Positions 48,457 to 59,184 of a stretch of 64,000 nucleotides of DNA are shown one piece after another. Every line of letters starts with the position of its first letter. Position 1 is the stretch's first letter. This DNA is from a virus. The notes beneath the pieces were generated by a model. The model ran no database searches and was not told the DNA's origin. It saw nothing but the letters and a program-made list of their open reading frames with translations. Location: positions 3,055 to 67,054 of IMG/VR virus record IMGVR_UViG_3300020183_000065; one strand, 5' to 3'. The position numbers and the translations under genes were made by a program.

Positions 48457-48915
48457 ATGTCTAACGGTATAACATACGGTATAACATTCCCATTTAGAGA
48501 TTCCTTTGTTGGGAGATATCTTGACGCTTCTGATACAATTGAAGAGGAAATAAGAAATAATTTAATTCACTTACTATTAACTAGGAAGGGAAGTAGATAT
48601 TTTTTACCGGATTTTGGAACACGATTATATGAATATATATTTGAACCATTGGACGGACCAACATTTAGTGATATTGAATTTGAAATTAGAGATTCAGTTG
48701 AAAAATACATACCGGGTATATTGGTCACCAATATAAAAATAACTGACGCTTCTTTAGGTTTGGAGGATAAAGGTACATACATTACAGATTCTGGTGAAAG
48801 AGAATTTAAAGTTACTAATATCGGAGATAGAGAACATACAGCTAAAGTTAGGATCGACTATAGAATAACCAATCAAGCTTTAGAAAGCAGTGATTTTGTA
48901 ATTATTAATATTTAA
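48457..48915 (+). CDS. Baseplate wedge/sheath initiator (gp25-like)
   Basis: NLIHLLLTRKGSRYFLPDFGTRLYEYIFEP. Confidence 0.9.
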   Translation: MSNGITYGITFPFRDSFVGRYLDASDTIEEEIRNNLIHLLLTRKGSRYFLPDFGTRLYEYIFEPLDGPTFSDIEFEIRDSVEKYIPGILVTNIKITDASLGLEDKGTYITDSGEREFKVTNIGDREHTAKVRIDYRITNQALESSDFVIINI

Positions 48916-48916
48916 T

Positions 48917-50755
48917 ATGGCTGAAAAGAAAATATCGTACACAACTAGGGATTTCCAGGGTATAAGAACGGAACTAATAAATTTTACCAGAACTTACTAC
49001 CCAGACCTTATCCAAAACTTCAACGACGCTGGTATTTTTTCAGTTATGTTGGATTTAAACGCGGCTGTAACTGACAATCTACAATTTCAGATCGATAGGA
49101 GTATTCAAGAAACAGTTTTACAATACGCTCAACAAAAATCATCAGTATATAATATAGCAAGAACATACGGTTTAAAAATTCCAGGACAAAGACCCTCAGT
49201 CGCTTTGGTTGATTTTTCAATCATTGTCCCAGCTTTTGGTGATAGTGAAGATTTAAGATACTGTGGTATTCTAAGGAGGGGTTCACAAGTAAGTGGTGCT
49301 GGACAACCATTTGAGACGGTTTATGATATTGATTTTTCTTCACCAGTAAATTCAGAAGGATCTCCCAATAGATTAAAGGTTCCGAACTTTGATTCAAATG
49401 GAACACTAATTAATTATACAATAACAAAGAGGGAAGTTGTTGTTAATGGTATTACAAAGGTTTTTAAACGAGTTATAACAGCTAATGATGTTAGACCATT
49501 TTTTGAGTTGTTTTTACCTGAAAAAAATGTGTTAGGTGTAACTAGTGTTTTACTTAAAGACGGAACACAATATAATACAATACCACAACCACAAGAATTT
49601 TTAGGATTGGATAATAGATGGTATGAGGTCAAAGCTTTAGCTGAGGATCGAGTTTTTATTGAGGACCCAACAAAGGTTTCCGATCAACCAGGTGTTAAAG
49701 TTGGGAGATACATAACAACAAATACTAAATTTATAACAGAATATACACCAGAAGGTTTTTTAAAAATGACATTTGGTGGAGGTAGTATATCAGCCGAAGA
49801 ACAATTACGTGAATTTGCTAGAAACGGGTCTTATTTTGATTTAAACAAGTATTCAAATAACTTAGGTCTTGGGTCAGCTTTAAAATCAAATACGACACTA
49901 TTCATTCAGTACAGAATTGGTGGAGGTCAAGCCACAAATTTAGGGTCAAATGTTATTACCCAAATTGGTACCGTATCGTTTTCAGTAAACGGACCGTCAG
50001 AAAGTGTTAACAGGTCCGTAATAAATTCATTAACATGTAACAATGTTACAGCAGCTATTGGTGGAGCTAACCAACCAACAATTGAGGAGGTTAGACAATA
50101 TGTCTCATTTAATTTTGCGGCACAAAATAGAGCCGTTACAATTAATGATTACGAATCAATACTCAGAACAATGCCATCACAATTTGGAGCTCCAGCTAAA
50201 GTATCCGTGTTGGAGGAAAATAATAAGATTAAAATAAAGATGTTGTCGTATGATACCGAAGGTAATCTAACTGATAACATTTCAAACACAATAAAAACAA
50301 ACATAGCTAATTATTTGTCAAATTATAGAATGATAAATGATTACATTTCGATTGAATCAGCTAGTCCTATCGACCTGGGTATTGAAGTTGATGTTGTGTT
50401 AGACTCAACACAAAATCAAGGATCGTTAATTAGTAGAACTATTGATATTATTAGTAATTATTTTAGTCCACTAAATCAACAATTGGGTAGGAACATTAAT
50501 GTGTCCGAAATAAGAAGATTAATACAAAGTGAAAACGGGGTTATTAGTATATCAGATATCAGGTTCTTTAATAAAGTTGGGGGTCAGTACTCGTCTAACC
50601 AAACATCACAAAGATATTCCAACCCAACAACCAAACAAATTGAGTTGATAGCTGACACCATATTCGCTGAACCAAGTCAAATATACCAAGTAAGGTATCC
50701 AAATAAGGATATATCAGTTAGAGTTCTTAATTTTAAGAACATTAATTTCTCTTGA
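48917..50755 (+). CDS. Baseplate wedge protein (T4 gp6/baseplate J-like)
   Basis: RDFQGIR, FGGG, YRIGGG...N, AIGGAN, QNRAVTINDY. Confidence 0.85.
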   Translation: MAEKKISYTTRDFQGIRTELINFTRTYYPDLIQNFNDAGIFSVMLDLNAAVTDNLQFQIDRSIQETVLQYAQQKSSVYNIARTYGLKIPGQRPSVALVDFSIIVPAFGDSEDLRYCGILRRGSQVSGAGQPFETVYDIDFSSPVNSEGSPNRLKVPNFDSNGTLINYTITKREVVVNGITKVFKRVITANDVRPFFELFLPEKNVLGVTSVLLKDGTQYNTIPQPQEFLGLDNRWYEVKALAEDRVFIEDPTKVSDQPGVKVGRYITTNTKFITEYTPEGFLKMTFGGGSISAEEQLREFARNGSYFDLNKYSNNLGLGSALKSNTTLFIQYRIGGGQATNLGSNVITQIGTVSFSVNGPSESVNRSVINSLTCNNVTAAIGGANQPTIEEVRQYVSFNFAAQNRAVTINDYESILRTMPSQFGAPAKVSVLEENNKIKIKMLSYDTEGNLTDNISNTIKTNIANYLSNYRMINDYISIESASPIDLGIEVDVVLDSTQNQGSLISRTIDIISNYFSPLNQQLGRNINVSEIRRLIQSENGVISISDIRFFNKVGGQYSSNQTSQRYSNPTTKQIELIADTIFAEPSQIYQVRYPNKDISVRVLNFKNINFS

Positions 50756-50826
50756 TAATTTATTTTTTAATAAATAAGACTATTTTTTGAAAATAGGAAA
50801 TAAACTATTTATCAAAAAAAGACTTA

Positions 50827-53800
50827 ATGCCTAAATCATACAGAATACGAACACAAGTAGGTGTTGACAAACACATCAACCTTAAGTTAGAACAGGATTT
50901 TGAAACATTGGAAATCTTATCATTAAAGATTAACCAAAGCGATGTATACACTAGAATATGTTCTGATTATGGGGTTATCGTTGGACGAGTATTTGTTAAT
51001 GGGGGTTATGGGTTACCAAACGCTAAAGTATCTTTATTTATCCCAATGGAAGATTTGGATGAATTAAATCCGGTGGTTTCTGAATTATATCCATATAAAA
51101 CATTATCGACATTAAATGAAAACGGTTATAGGTATAATTTATTACCGAAAGAACCATCATATCCAGGACACTCAGCTACCGGGACATTCCCAACAAAGGA
51201 AGAAGTTCTTATTGATCAAACAACTATAGAAGTTTATGACAAATACTACAAATTTACAGTAAAAACAAACGATAGTGGTGATTACATGATATTTGGTGTA
51301 CCAACAGGTAGTCAAACAATTTTTATGGATGTTGATTTATCCGATATGGGATGTTTTTCATTGTCACCACAAGATTTAATAAGAACCGGTCAAGCTACCG
51401 AAACACAATTAAATGGTACAACATTTAAAACATCCACGGATTTAAATGAATTACCACAAATAAAAACATTAAATAAAATTGTGGAAGTCTCACCATTATG
51501 GGGAGAAGATGATGTTTGTCAAATTGGTATCACTAGAGTTGACTTTGATTTAACAACTGAAAGTAGTGTTAAGATTGAACCAACAGCTATTTTTATGGGT
51601 TCAGTTGTTTCAACATCAAACGATGATTACTTGAGTGTTGGTTGTACACCAAAACTAGACATGGGTAATCTTTGTGATTTAGTTTCCGGTCCCGGACAAA
51701 TACTATCAATTCGACAAACAATAAATGTTGATGAGTTCGGTGACCCAATACTAGAACAATATGTTTTAGAAAATGATGGTAAAATTATTGATGAAAACGG
51801 AACATGGTTAGCTAACTTACCAATGAATTTGGATTATATAACCACAGACGAATTCGGAAATCAGGTATTTTCAAACGATCCAAACATAGGAATACCAACA
51901 AAGTCAAAATATAGATTTAAAATTAAATGGCAAAACGAAACCGGAAATAATAACAATTTTGTTAGAGCTAATTACTTAGTTCCAAATATTAGGGAATACG
52001 GGTGGACCAGTAATATTGACCCATCAAATACAGTATTGGTAACTTACACCTCAAATATACCAGTACCTGATTACGAAGATAGTTTAACTATTGTTGGTTC
52101 CGGAGATATTTTAGGTCCAGTTGTGACATCAAACGTATTAACATTTAGTGTCTTTATACAATCAAATCCCCTATCTAGCCAGTCACCATATGGTGGTGAC
52201 CCAACTTTAGGTATTACCGGGTTAACAAACAATAATGTTGTGAATATTATTTTTACACCGATTGACCCCACCTTACCAGCTACAATAACATACCCAGGTG
52301 GATCATTAGGTCCAGTAACATTTACAATACCATCTAACACAATATCAACCGTTTGGGGTCCCTTTATTCAAGGGGGGTTAGTTAGTGACACAACAACTAA
52401 CGTACAATCATATACTGTGGAAATCGGACCATCAGCTTTGGGACCATGGACATTATATTCAGGCAGTTTGAATTCTATACCAATAAACGTAGGACAATTT
52501 ATTAGAATAACACCAACAGCTATTGATATAAGTCAACCACAACAGGTCGTATACAGTTTTGGTAATCAAAATTACTTTGATTACATAAGATCGTATGCTT
52601 TTAGTTTAGATTGGGATGATTATGTTGATAAAAATGTAGCTATAAACTGCGAAGACACATTTTACCAATTTCACTATAATAAAGTTTATACTATTTCATC
52701 TTTTATTGACAGATATAAAAAAGGTAAAAACAAAGATAGACACTTAGGTATTAAAGAAATTACAGACAGGAGATGTCAAACAGAAAATAATAAATTTCCA
52801 GTAAACGACCTACAAAGAAATTTTGATTTTATTGAATTTGTGGTACAGTTACTTTTAAACATATTAACACTACCAATTATTGTTTTAATAACAGTAGCTC
52901 ATTTTGTTATTGTTTCTTGGCCGGTTTTAAAATGGGTGGTATCTGTTGGAATACCAGCTTGGTTGGGTTATCAAATCGCTCAAGCTATTGGTACCGCGAT
53001 ATACGCTTTCCCAGCGATATTCATAGTGATACCACAAATTATTACCGCTATTTTATACATCGCTTTATTAGTGTTTTTTATTGTGTATATAATACCAAGA
53101 ATGATTAATTGGAATACATTTAATAGAATTGGATTACCAATGTTAACATATCCCGATTGTGACGCTTGTCCATGTGATACATTATTAGCTAATTTGGATG
53201 AACCTGATAGTGATTTGGGTGAAGGTATTGTTGATACAAATAATTCATTTTTGGCTGATACAACAGCTTCATATAATTACCAGGACCCAACAAAACCGTG
53301 TAACCCAAGAAACCCATATCAAAATAGAATTGATGAGGACGATCCTGAAAAATCGTTTGAGTCCGCGGCACAATTTTATCAATTATTTTCCGGTATTGAT
53401 AGATTAGGTAACCCAAGAAGAGGAATAACAGCTTTTTTAACTGATTGTAAAACACCGGCTTCTGAGTGGGGTTACCCAATAACCGAACACTGGCCAAATA
53501 AATTAAATAGTTTTAATTTAAGAGATAAATTCTTTAGAAGTAAAAACTTTATAAGAACATACGTTAATAACTCAACCGATTATTTTGAGGATCAACCATT
53601 AGTTATCGTTGTCGACTGGGATATGTACAACGCTTTCCAAGCGGGTGAAATGATGACTTTTCAAAACCCAAGAATGTCTGGGGACTTATATCGACTTACC
53701 GGATTGACAGACTCAACTGGGGGGACTATATATAATCAGTTTAATTGTCGATCAATAACTGGAACAACATTATCAGAAGGATTACATAATGTAACGATTG

Positions 53801-56607
53801 AGTACGCTAACAGATCATCGTTCCCAGGTGAACCACCAAACAAGTCCGTAACTATACAAATAAGTGCTTCAACAGATAATGGTAGTTATAGATTTCCTAG
53901 TGATATGGAATATTTTCAAGTAATAACTGGGATGTCCGTCTCTAATTTCTTATCAATGTCAAATGAAACAAATTCATCATTTTTCCCAAAAGAATATTTG
54001 GGTCACATAATTAAATGGAGGTATGAGGAGTATGGTACTGGAAACGAAAAGTATGAACAACAAGCTAGAGCTATAGATAATTACGCTGATTCACAAAATC
54101 TAGGAATAATAATATTAACAAGAGGTGTGGATCCATATACAGACAGACAATTAATAAAATATGAACTAGGTACTTTATTTGGTAAAGCAGCTAATCAGGT
54201 TAGTGTAACCGGTTACTATAAGTTAAATTACCCAATAAGGAGATATACAACAGGTAGTAATTTTACACCAGTTAGACACAACATACCAACAAATATAAAT
54301 TACCAATCAGCTTCTGGTGGTAGGAGTCCATACCATAAATCATTTAGTTACACACCAGATTTTACAATGTTCACCCAGTACACAAATACCGGATCGACAT
54401 TACCATATTATTATTCATCTTTGGACTGGGAAAATTCTGGACTTGAAATGAGACAAGTTCTACCGTACTTTTCATCAGGAAGACTAGCCGATTTAAGTGA
54501 CCAACCATATACAGGAATAGAACCAACTTATTTTGATTCAAATAGTATGGTCGATTTTAACGCTGGTGGTGCTGAACGAAATGTATTACCATTTAGGGGT
54601 GTTACTAGTGAAATATTGTCACTAGATAATAGTGGTGTGTGTGGTAGCACCGCTGATGCTTGGTTACCGTCGAACTTTAGTGATTCAAGTTTTAATTATT
54701 ATAATTATGGATCCGGAATAGTTTACGTTGGGGGTGGATCATACTTGGCCTCAACAGGTACTTATTTGGGTGATATTTCAGCCGACGCTGACGGTTCTGG
54801 TCCGTGGACACCACCACCCGGAACGTCGTACTTAGCACAAAATCCAATCCCACATGATAGTATTAGATCTGACTCAAACAACTATAAAGCACAAACAAAT
54901 ACAATATGGTATTTAAATTCACCAGCGTACATTAGTTATTATGAAGTACCGTCTGGGGATTGCTCAACACCCGGATGTACAACTAATAATGGAGCTTGGT
55001 GTTTAAATTGTGACACAAGTTCGGTTAAAGGTGTAAACTTTAATGATAGATTTGGTTTAGTCATGAGAAGTGACAGGTTACCAACCTCAACAAAGTTAGA
55101 ATCTAAAGGACCATTTAAATCTGGATACGATGGTGATCCATACACTAAATTTGTACTACACGAAAATAATTCATTTATATATTATAAAATACCAGATGAT
55201 GGTCTTTGTGACACGATATTTCAGTATGAATTACAAAGTGATGAACCTAGTGGTAATCTAAGTGATTCAGATATACCAGAGTCCCTAGCTTCTAGTTTAA
55301 CTTGTGAAGGGATGACAGAACTATCTTGTTATGAGGGGTATGGTACCGGATTTACAGTTAATGAAACTTGTGCTGAAGAGGATAAAGTTATAAATGGGTG
55401 TTATTATCTGTTAAATCAACCATATGTATCCAGTATTGGTAGTGACATTACTTTATTTTTAGAGTGGAAAGCTAGATTTAGAATTATGTACGCTGCTTGT
55501 CGAGGCGTATTTTCACATATGTTCCAAAATAACTGGGTTAACGGTACTCTATATATGCCAACATTTAATAAATTAACACTGTATGATCAGTTTGGGGACT
55601 TTACCGATTACAAATATTGTGAGGAATTGATTACATATAATACAGCTAGTAATAGTTTCTTCTATAGATCAAGTCCATATAATGGAACATCATTTATTGG
55701 GTCACAAAACACAAGCCCAGGTGATAATTCTGTGAATAATAGACAAATAAAATCACCAACCACATTAATGGATTTAGGTAAAAGAGATGCGTTTATTTCT
55801 TTTATATGTTCTAATTCTGAATTTAGTGGTGAGTATTTATCCGATACACTAACCAGTTCATCTTACAACGATTCGTCATTAGTATTACAACTAGGTATTA
55901 TATCAAGATTGGTTAATTCTACATGGTTAAATCAATTGTTCAACACCAATGACGCGTCAGTACAACAGTATTTCTCGAGAACAGGATCTAGAATTGATGG
56001 TGATATTGCACAATCAATGTCAATAAATTCTGAATACAAAATAAACCCATTTGTTGGATCAAACTATCCTGATCAGTTTATTTGGGTTGGGGTCGATTCA
56101 GTGAATAAACCAGTTTTTGGTGTATTTTACAACACAAGTGAACAACAATATAAAAATAGGAGAGCTTTATCACCTGGTTACAAAATTTATAACTTCTCAC
56201 CACTATTACAAGATTTAATACCATATACCAGTACACAAGAAGTACCACTTTATCGTTGGATATTAAATGACAATAATACAATTTTTGGTAATGAATTTAA
56301 TACCTGGGACACATCTTGGGTCTCTGGAACCAGTAAGTTACCTTCCAGGAAATACCAATCACTAGATACTGATAGTAATATTTCACCATATAATTATTTC
56401 CAAACATCAACAATGACATCAACACCACCAAATTTAAAATACGGATTTATTACAAATATAAATTCATCCGGTAATCCAGTGTTAAATGGTTCACCATTAC
56501 AGAATAGATTTGTTGTGGGTGCTCCGTATCATTTTTATTTCGGATTAAAAAATGGTAAAACAGCTGTTAATAGATTTATAAAATTATATGTAAATACCAA
56601 TGACTAA
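50827..56607 (+). CDS. Very large structural protein with an N-terminal transthyretin/carboxypeptidase-regulatory-like domain and an internal hydrophobic segment
   Basis: GRVFVNGGYGLPNAKVS and TNDSGDYMIFGVPTG; about 90 hydrophobic residues mid-protein; located in the baseplate operon. Confidence 0.55.
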   Translation: MPKSYRIRTQVGVDKHINLKLEQDFETLEILSLKINQSDVYTRICSDYGVIVGRVFVNGGYGLPNAKVSLFIPMEDLDELNPVVSELYPYKTLSTLNENGYRYNLLPKEPSYPGHSATGTFPTKEEVLIDQTTIEVYDKYYKFTVKTNDSGDYMIFGVPTGSQTIFMDVDLSDMGCFSLSPQDLIRTGQATETQLNGTTFKTSTDLNELPQIKTLNKIVEVSPLWGEDDVCQIGITRVDFDLTTESSVKIEPTAIFMGSVVSTSNDDYLSVGCTPKLDMGNLCDLVSGPGQILSIRQTINVDEFGDPILEQYVLENDGKIIDENGTWLANLPMNLDYITTDEFGNQVFSNDPNIGIPTKSKYRFKIKWQNETGNNNNFVRANYLVPNIREYGWTSNIDPSNTVLVTYTSNIPVPDYEDSLTIVGSGDILGPVVTSNVLTFSVFIQSNPLSSQSPYGGDPTLGITGLTNNNVVNIIFTPIDPTLPATITYPGGSLGPVTFTIPSNTISTVWGPFIQGGLVSDTTTNVQSYTVEIGPSALGPWTLYSGSLNSIPINVGQFIRITPTAIDISQPQQVVYSFGNQNYFDYIRSYAFSLDWDDYVDKNVAINCEDTFYQFHYNKVYTISSFIDRYKKGKNKDRHLGIKEITDRRCQTENNKFPVNDLQRNFDFIEFVVQLLLNILTLPIIVLITVAHFVIVSWPVLKWVVSVGIPAWLGYQIAQAIGTAIYAFPAIFIVIPQIITAILYIALLVFFIVYIIPRMINWNTFNRIGLPMLTYPDCDACPCDTLLANLDEPDSDLGEGIVDTNNSFLADTTASYNYQDPTKPCNPRNPYQNRIDEDDPEKSFESAAQFYQLFSGIDRLGNPRRGITAFLTDCKTPASEWGYPITEHWPNKLNSFNLRDKFFRSKNFIRTYVNNSTDYFEDQPLVIVVDWDMYNAFQAGEMMTFQNPRMSGDLYRLTGLTDSTGGTIYNQFNCRSITGTTLSEGLHNVTIEYANRSSFPGEPPNKSVTIQISASTDNGSYRFPSDMEYFQVITGMSVSNFLSMSNETNSSFFPKEYLGHIIKWRYEEYGTGNEKYEQQARAIDNYADSQNLGIIILTRGVDPYTDRQLIKYELGTLFGKAANQVSVTGYYKLNYPIRRYTTGSNFTPVRHNIPTNINYQSASGGRSPYHKSFSYTPDFTMFTQYTNTGSTLPYYYSSLDWENSGLEMRQVLPYFSSGRLADLSDQPYTGIEPTYFDSNSMVDFNAGGAERNVLPFRGVTSEILSLDNSGVCGSTADAWLPSNFSDSSFNYYNYGSGIVYVGGGSYLASTGTYLGDISADADGSGPWTPPPGTSYLAQNPIPHDSIRSDSNNYKAQTNTIWYLNSPAYISYYEVPSGDCSTPGCTTNNGAWCLNCDTSSVKGVNFNDRFGLVMRSDRLPTSTKLESKGPFKSGYDGDPYTKFVLHENNSFIYYKIPDDGLCDTIFQYELQSDEPSGNLSDSDIPESLASSLTCEGMTELSCYEGYGTGFTVNETCAEEDKVINGCYYLLNQPYVSSIGSDITLFLEWKARFRIMYAACRGVFSHMFQNNWVNGTLYMPTFNKLTLYDQFGDFTDYKYCEELITYNTASNSFFYRSSPYNGTSFIGSQNTSPGDNSVNNRQIKSPTTLMDLGKRDAFISFICSNSEFSGEYLSDTLTSSSYNDSSLVLQLGIISRLVNSTWLNQLFNTNDASVQQYFSRTGSRIDGDIAQSMSINSEYKINPFVGSNYPDQFIWVGVDSVNKPVFGVFYNTSEQQYKNRRALSPGYKIYNFSPLLQDLIPYTSTQEVPLYRWILNDNNTIFGNEFNTWDTSWVSGTSKLPSRKYQSLDTDSNISPYNYFQTSTMTSTPPNLKYGFITNINSSGNPVLNGSPLQNRFVVGAPYHFYFGLKNGKTAVNRFIKLYVNTND

Positions 56608-58354
56608 TATGGGTGTAGATACAACAACAAATATAATATTAGGTAGTCTTAGATACTCATCATCACCAAACGTGAATGATGAGATTGACATTTCATTAAC
56701 ACAAAATACCAAAGAAATTGTTGATTTTGATAGAATTGTTGATTTAAGTTTAGAAACTGTTTACGATAATGAACGACAGTCGTCAACAGTATTTAGACCA
56801 TCCACCAAATTTACGGTCGTATTTAAAAACACTTTTAGTGGTAGCACCACCTACAAACCGTATAAAAATAATTTGTATTATACAAACCCAATTAACAACG
56901 CTTCATCACAGATATTGTCCTCTAGTCCAAATACTGTTCCATGGGAAGGATATCCACAATATCAAGAATTTGATTTTATCAGGACTGACAACAACGTTGT
57001 TGGTTACACCACCCCACCAAACAACCACTTAAATTTTTTAAACAAAAGTGCTACAACATATAATTGGACACACTATGTGAGCTATCCATTTCAGAATGAT
57101 TACACAAAACAAATGTACTCCGTTGACTACGACACGTCAACATCTTGGTCATGGACTGTTAGTGATGGGATACCATATTTAATAACTTTAGGTAGTAATT
57201 TGAATGGTAGAAACATAAAGTTTAGATCACCAGTTAAACATGGTTTAAATGTCGGTGAATACGTTAAACTATCAACGAACTATAATGGTGAATCAATATT
57301 TAAAGTAACTAGATTAGGTGATTCAGGTTATGGTAGTGAGGAGTATGTTTTTAATATTAAAAACGTTGGTTTTACCGGAACAACATTTCTAACAAATAAT
57401 TCAGGGATATTTAAACGAGTTATAAGTAAATCAAATGAAAGTGAAACAACCTCAAAATACTATGTTAGGGTACATAAAATAATAACAAATAGTAATCAAG
57501 CTGTATTAGTTAAATCAGGTTTTGAACAAAACATATTCAAAGACACAATAAAGGACGAGATAGCTATATTAACACCAAACAACCAACAAAGAAGTTCAAT
57601 TAAAGAGGGGTCACAATCCTACACACTATCATTCAATACCGACATTGATATAAACCCACTTAGGGATAACCAAAATAGACCCATAAGTAGGTTATATTTT
57701 ACAACATTATGGAAAGGATTTTTTGGCTGGACAAAAAATTTGAAACAAGGATGGGAGTTTAACATGTCATTGGTTAATAACCAACCAAATTCTTGGTGGG
57801 ACACATTCAACCTACTGTCAAACACAACAATATCTGAGGGCAATTATTCATCAAATACATTACCACCCGAAAATCCATTTTATTATAATCAAGATTTGAT
57901 TTCCGGAGATACACTAGACGGTGACTTCTGTGAGTGGAACGATTATGAACAAACTGAAAGATTGGTATCTAGGTATTGTCACAAGATAAGATTTAATAAT
58001 AATTGGTTTTATTTAACCAATGACAACCAACAAACCAACCAATTCGGATATTATTACTACCCACATAACGAAATAGTAATAAGGGAATTTTCAGACTATA
58101 TCGAAGAAAGTCTAGTTGAAAACATCGTCGGTCTACCTGACTATAGTTTCTATTCCAATTTATCAAACGGGTTTAGATGGAGAGATTTATATCAATACGG
58201 ATTTATTGATCAAAACAATATTGGGGTTGATTACCCCTTTACAAATGGTAAACATTATCCGTTTGTGAATACAATTTTTAGAATAATTCCAGAAGGAACT
58301 AATGTTAAAAACATAAATGAAATTCAAGACCCATTAATAGATGATTGTGAATAA
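56600..58354 (+). CDS. Putative virion structural protein
   Basis: 584 aa, Asn/Thr/Tyr-rich, overlapping-gene arrangement in the baseplate operon. Confidence 0.55.
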   Translation: MTNMGVDTTTNIILGSLRYSSSPNVNDEIDISLTQNTKEIVDFDRIVDLSLETVYDNERQSSTVFRPSTKFTVVFKNTFSGSTTYKPYKNNLYYTNPINNASSQILSSSPNTVPWEGYPQYQEFDFIRTDNNVVGYTTPPNNHLNFLNKSATTYNWTHYVSYPFQNDYTKQMYSVDYDTSTSWSWTVSDGIPYLITLGSNLNGRNIKFRSPVKHGLNVGEYVKLSTNYNGESIFKVTRLGDSGYGSEEYVFNIKNVGFTGTTFLTNNSGIFKRVISKSNESETTSKYYVRVHKIITNSNQAVLVKSGFEQNIFKDTIKDEIAILTPNNQQRSSIKEGSQSYTLSFNTDIDINPLRDNQNRPISRLYFTTLWKGFFGWTKNLKQGWEFNMSLVNNQPNSWWDTFNLLSNTTISEGNYSSNTLPPENPFYYNQDLISGDTLDGDFCEWNDYEQTERLVSRYCHKIRFNNNWFYLTNDNQQTNQFGYYYYPHNEIVIREFSDYIEESLVENIVGLPDYSFYSNLSNGFRWRDLYQYGFIDQNNIGVDYPFTNGKHYPFVNTIFRIIPEGTNVKNINEIQDPLIDDCE

Positions 58355-59183
58355 GTATAAAATTTTAAGGGACAATATCGATAATCAAATAAATATTCCA
58401 ATCGAGATGAGTTGGGATTTTATGGGTCGAGATCAAAGCGTTGAGGAGTATGAAACCGAAATGGTTAAAGAAGTGATAGGTGTAGCTAAAGATTTTGAAA
58501 CCGTGAGATTTAGCCATGACGAATGGAATCTAGTGATATCAACACCATTATTTACCATTAACAAGATAGCTACACAAATCTACCATAATTTTAACTTCTA
58601 TAAAGATTTACAATCTATAACTGCTACAACCGTAACATCTAGTGATTGGGGACCAAGTTATGTGTACGAAGATTTTAGTCCACAAGAAATCTATTATTTT
58701 AAAAAACCATTTACAAAGTCATTCTTTAAATTGGATTTATATGATACTAACGATGAAAAAAATCAAAAAATATATTTGACAATTATAATCCCCGTACAAC
58801 AAGGATTAACTGAGTCGGTATCAATAAACCCACTACAACCAAACGTTAATATAAAAAAACCACAATTTGTACTGGATTATATTGGGGACAAAGAAGGTTT
58901 TTTTATTTACTGGTTAAGAGATCGATCATACATTGACATTGACGAATTTTATATGTCAGCTAAATTTTTTGACGCGAAACTAGGAACCTTTGTTAGAATG
59001 ACAAACAAACCACAAAGTTCAATAACCCCGAATAAATTTAATTTTGATAATGGACAATATTTTTACTATAAGGTCAAATTAGATTATGATGAAAAAACAT
59101 ATAGAGTTTTTAGAACTGATAACGGAACAAGATGTGGGATATTAATAAACCAGATTAATTGGTATGAATACGTAAACCCTTAA
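58341..59183 (+). CDS. Putative virion structural protein
   Basis: 280 aa, in the same operon. Confidence 0.55.
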   Translation: MIVNKYKILRDNIDNQINIPIEMSWDFMGRDQSVEEYETEMVKEVIGVAKDFETVRFSHDEWNLVISTPLFTINKIATQIYHNFNFYKDLQSITATTVTSSDWGPSYVYEDFSPQEIYYFKKPFTKSFFKLDLYDTNDEKNQKIYLTIIIPVQQGLTESVSINPLQPNVNIKKPQFVLDYIGDKEGFFIYWLRDRSYIDIDEFYMSAKFFDAKLGTFVRMTNKPQSSITPNKFNFDNGQYFYYKVKLDYDEKTYRVFRTDNGTRCGILINQINWYEYVNP

Positions 59184-59184
59184 T

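Noticed and set aside
18723-50755. Bacterial extracellular contractile injection system or tailocin locus
   Set aside because: Tail genes are interspersed with neck genes and a full phage replisome, which indicates a phage genome.
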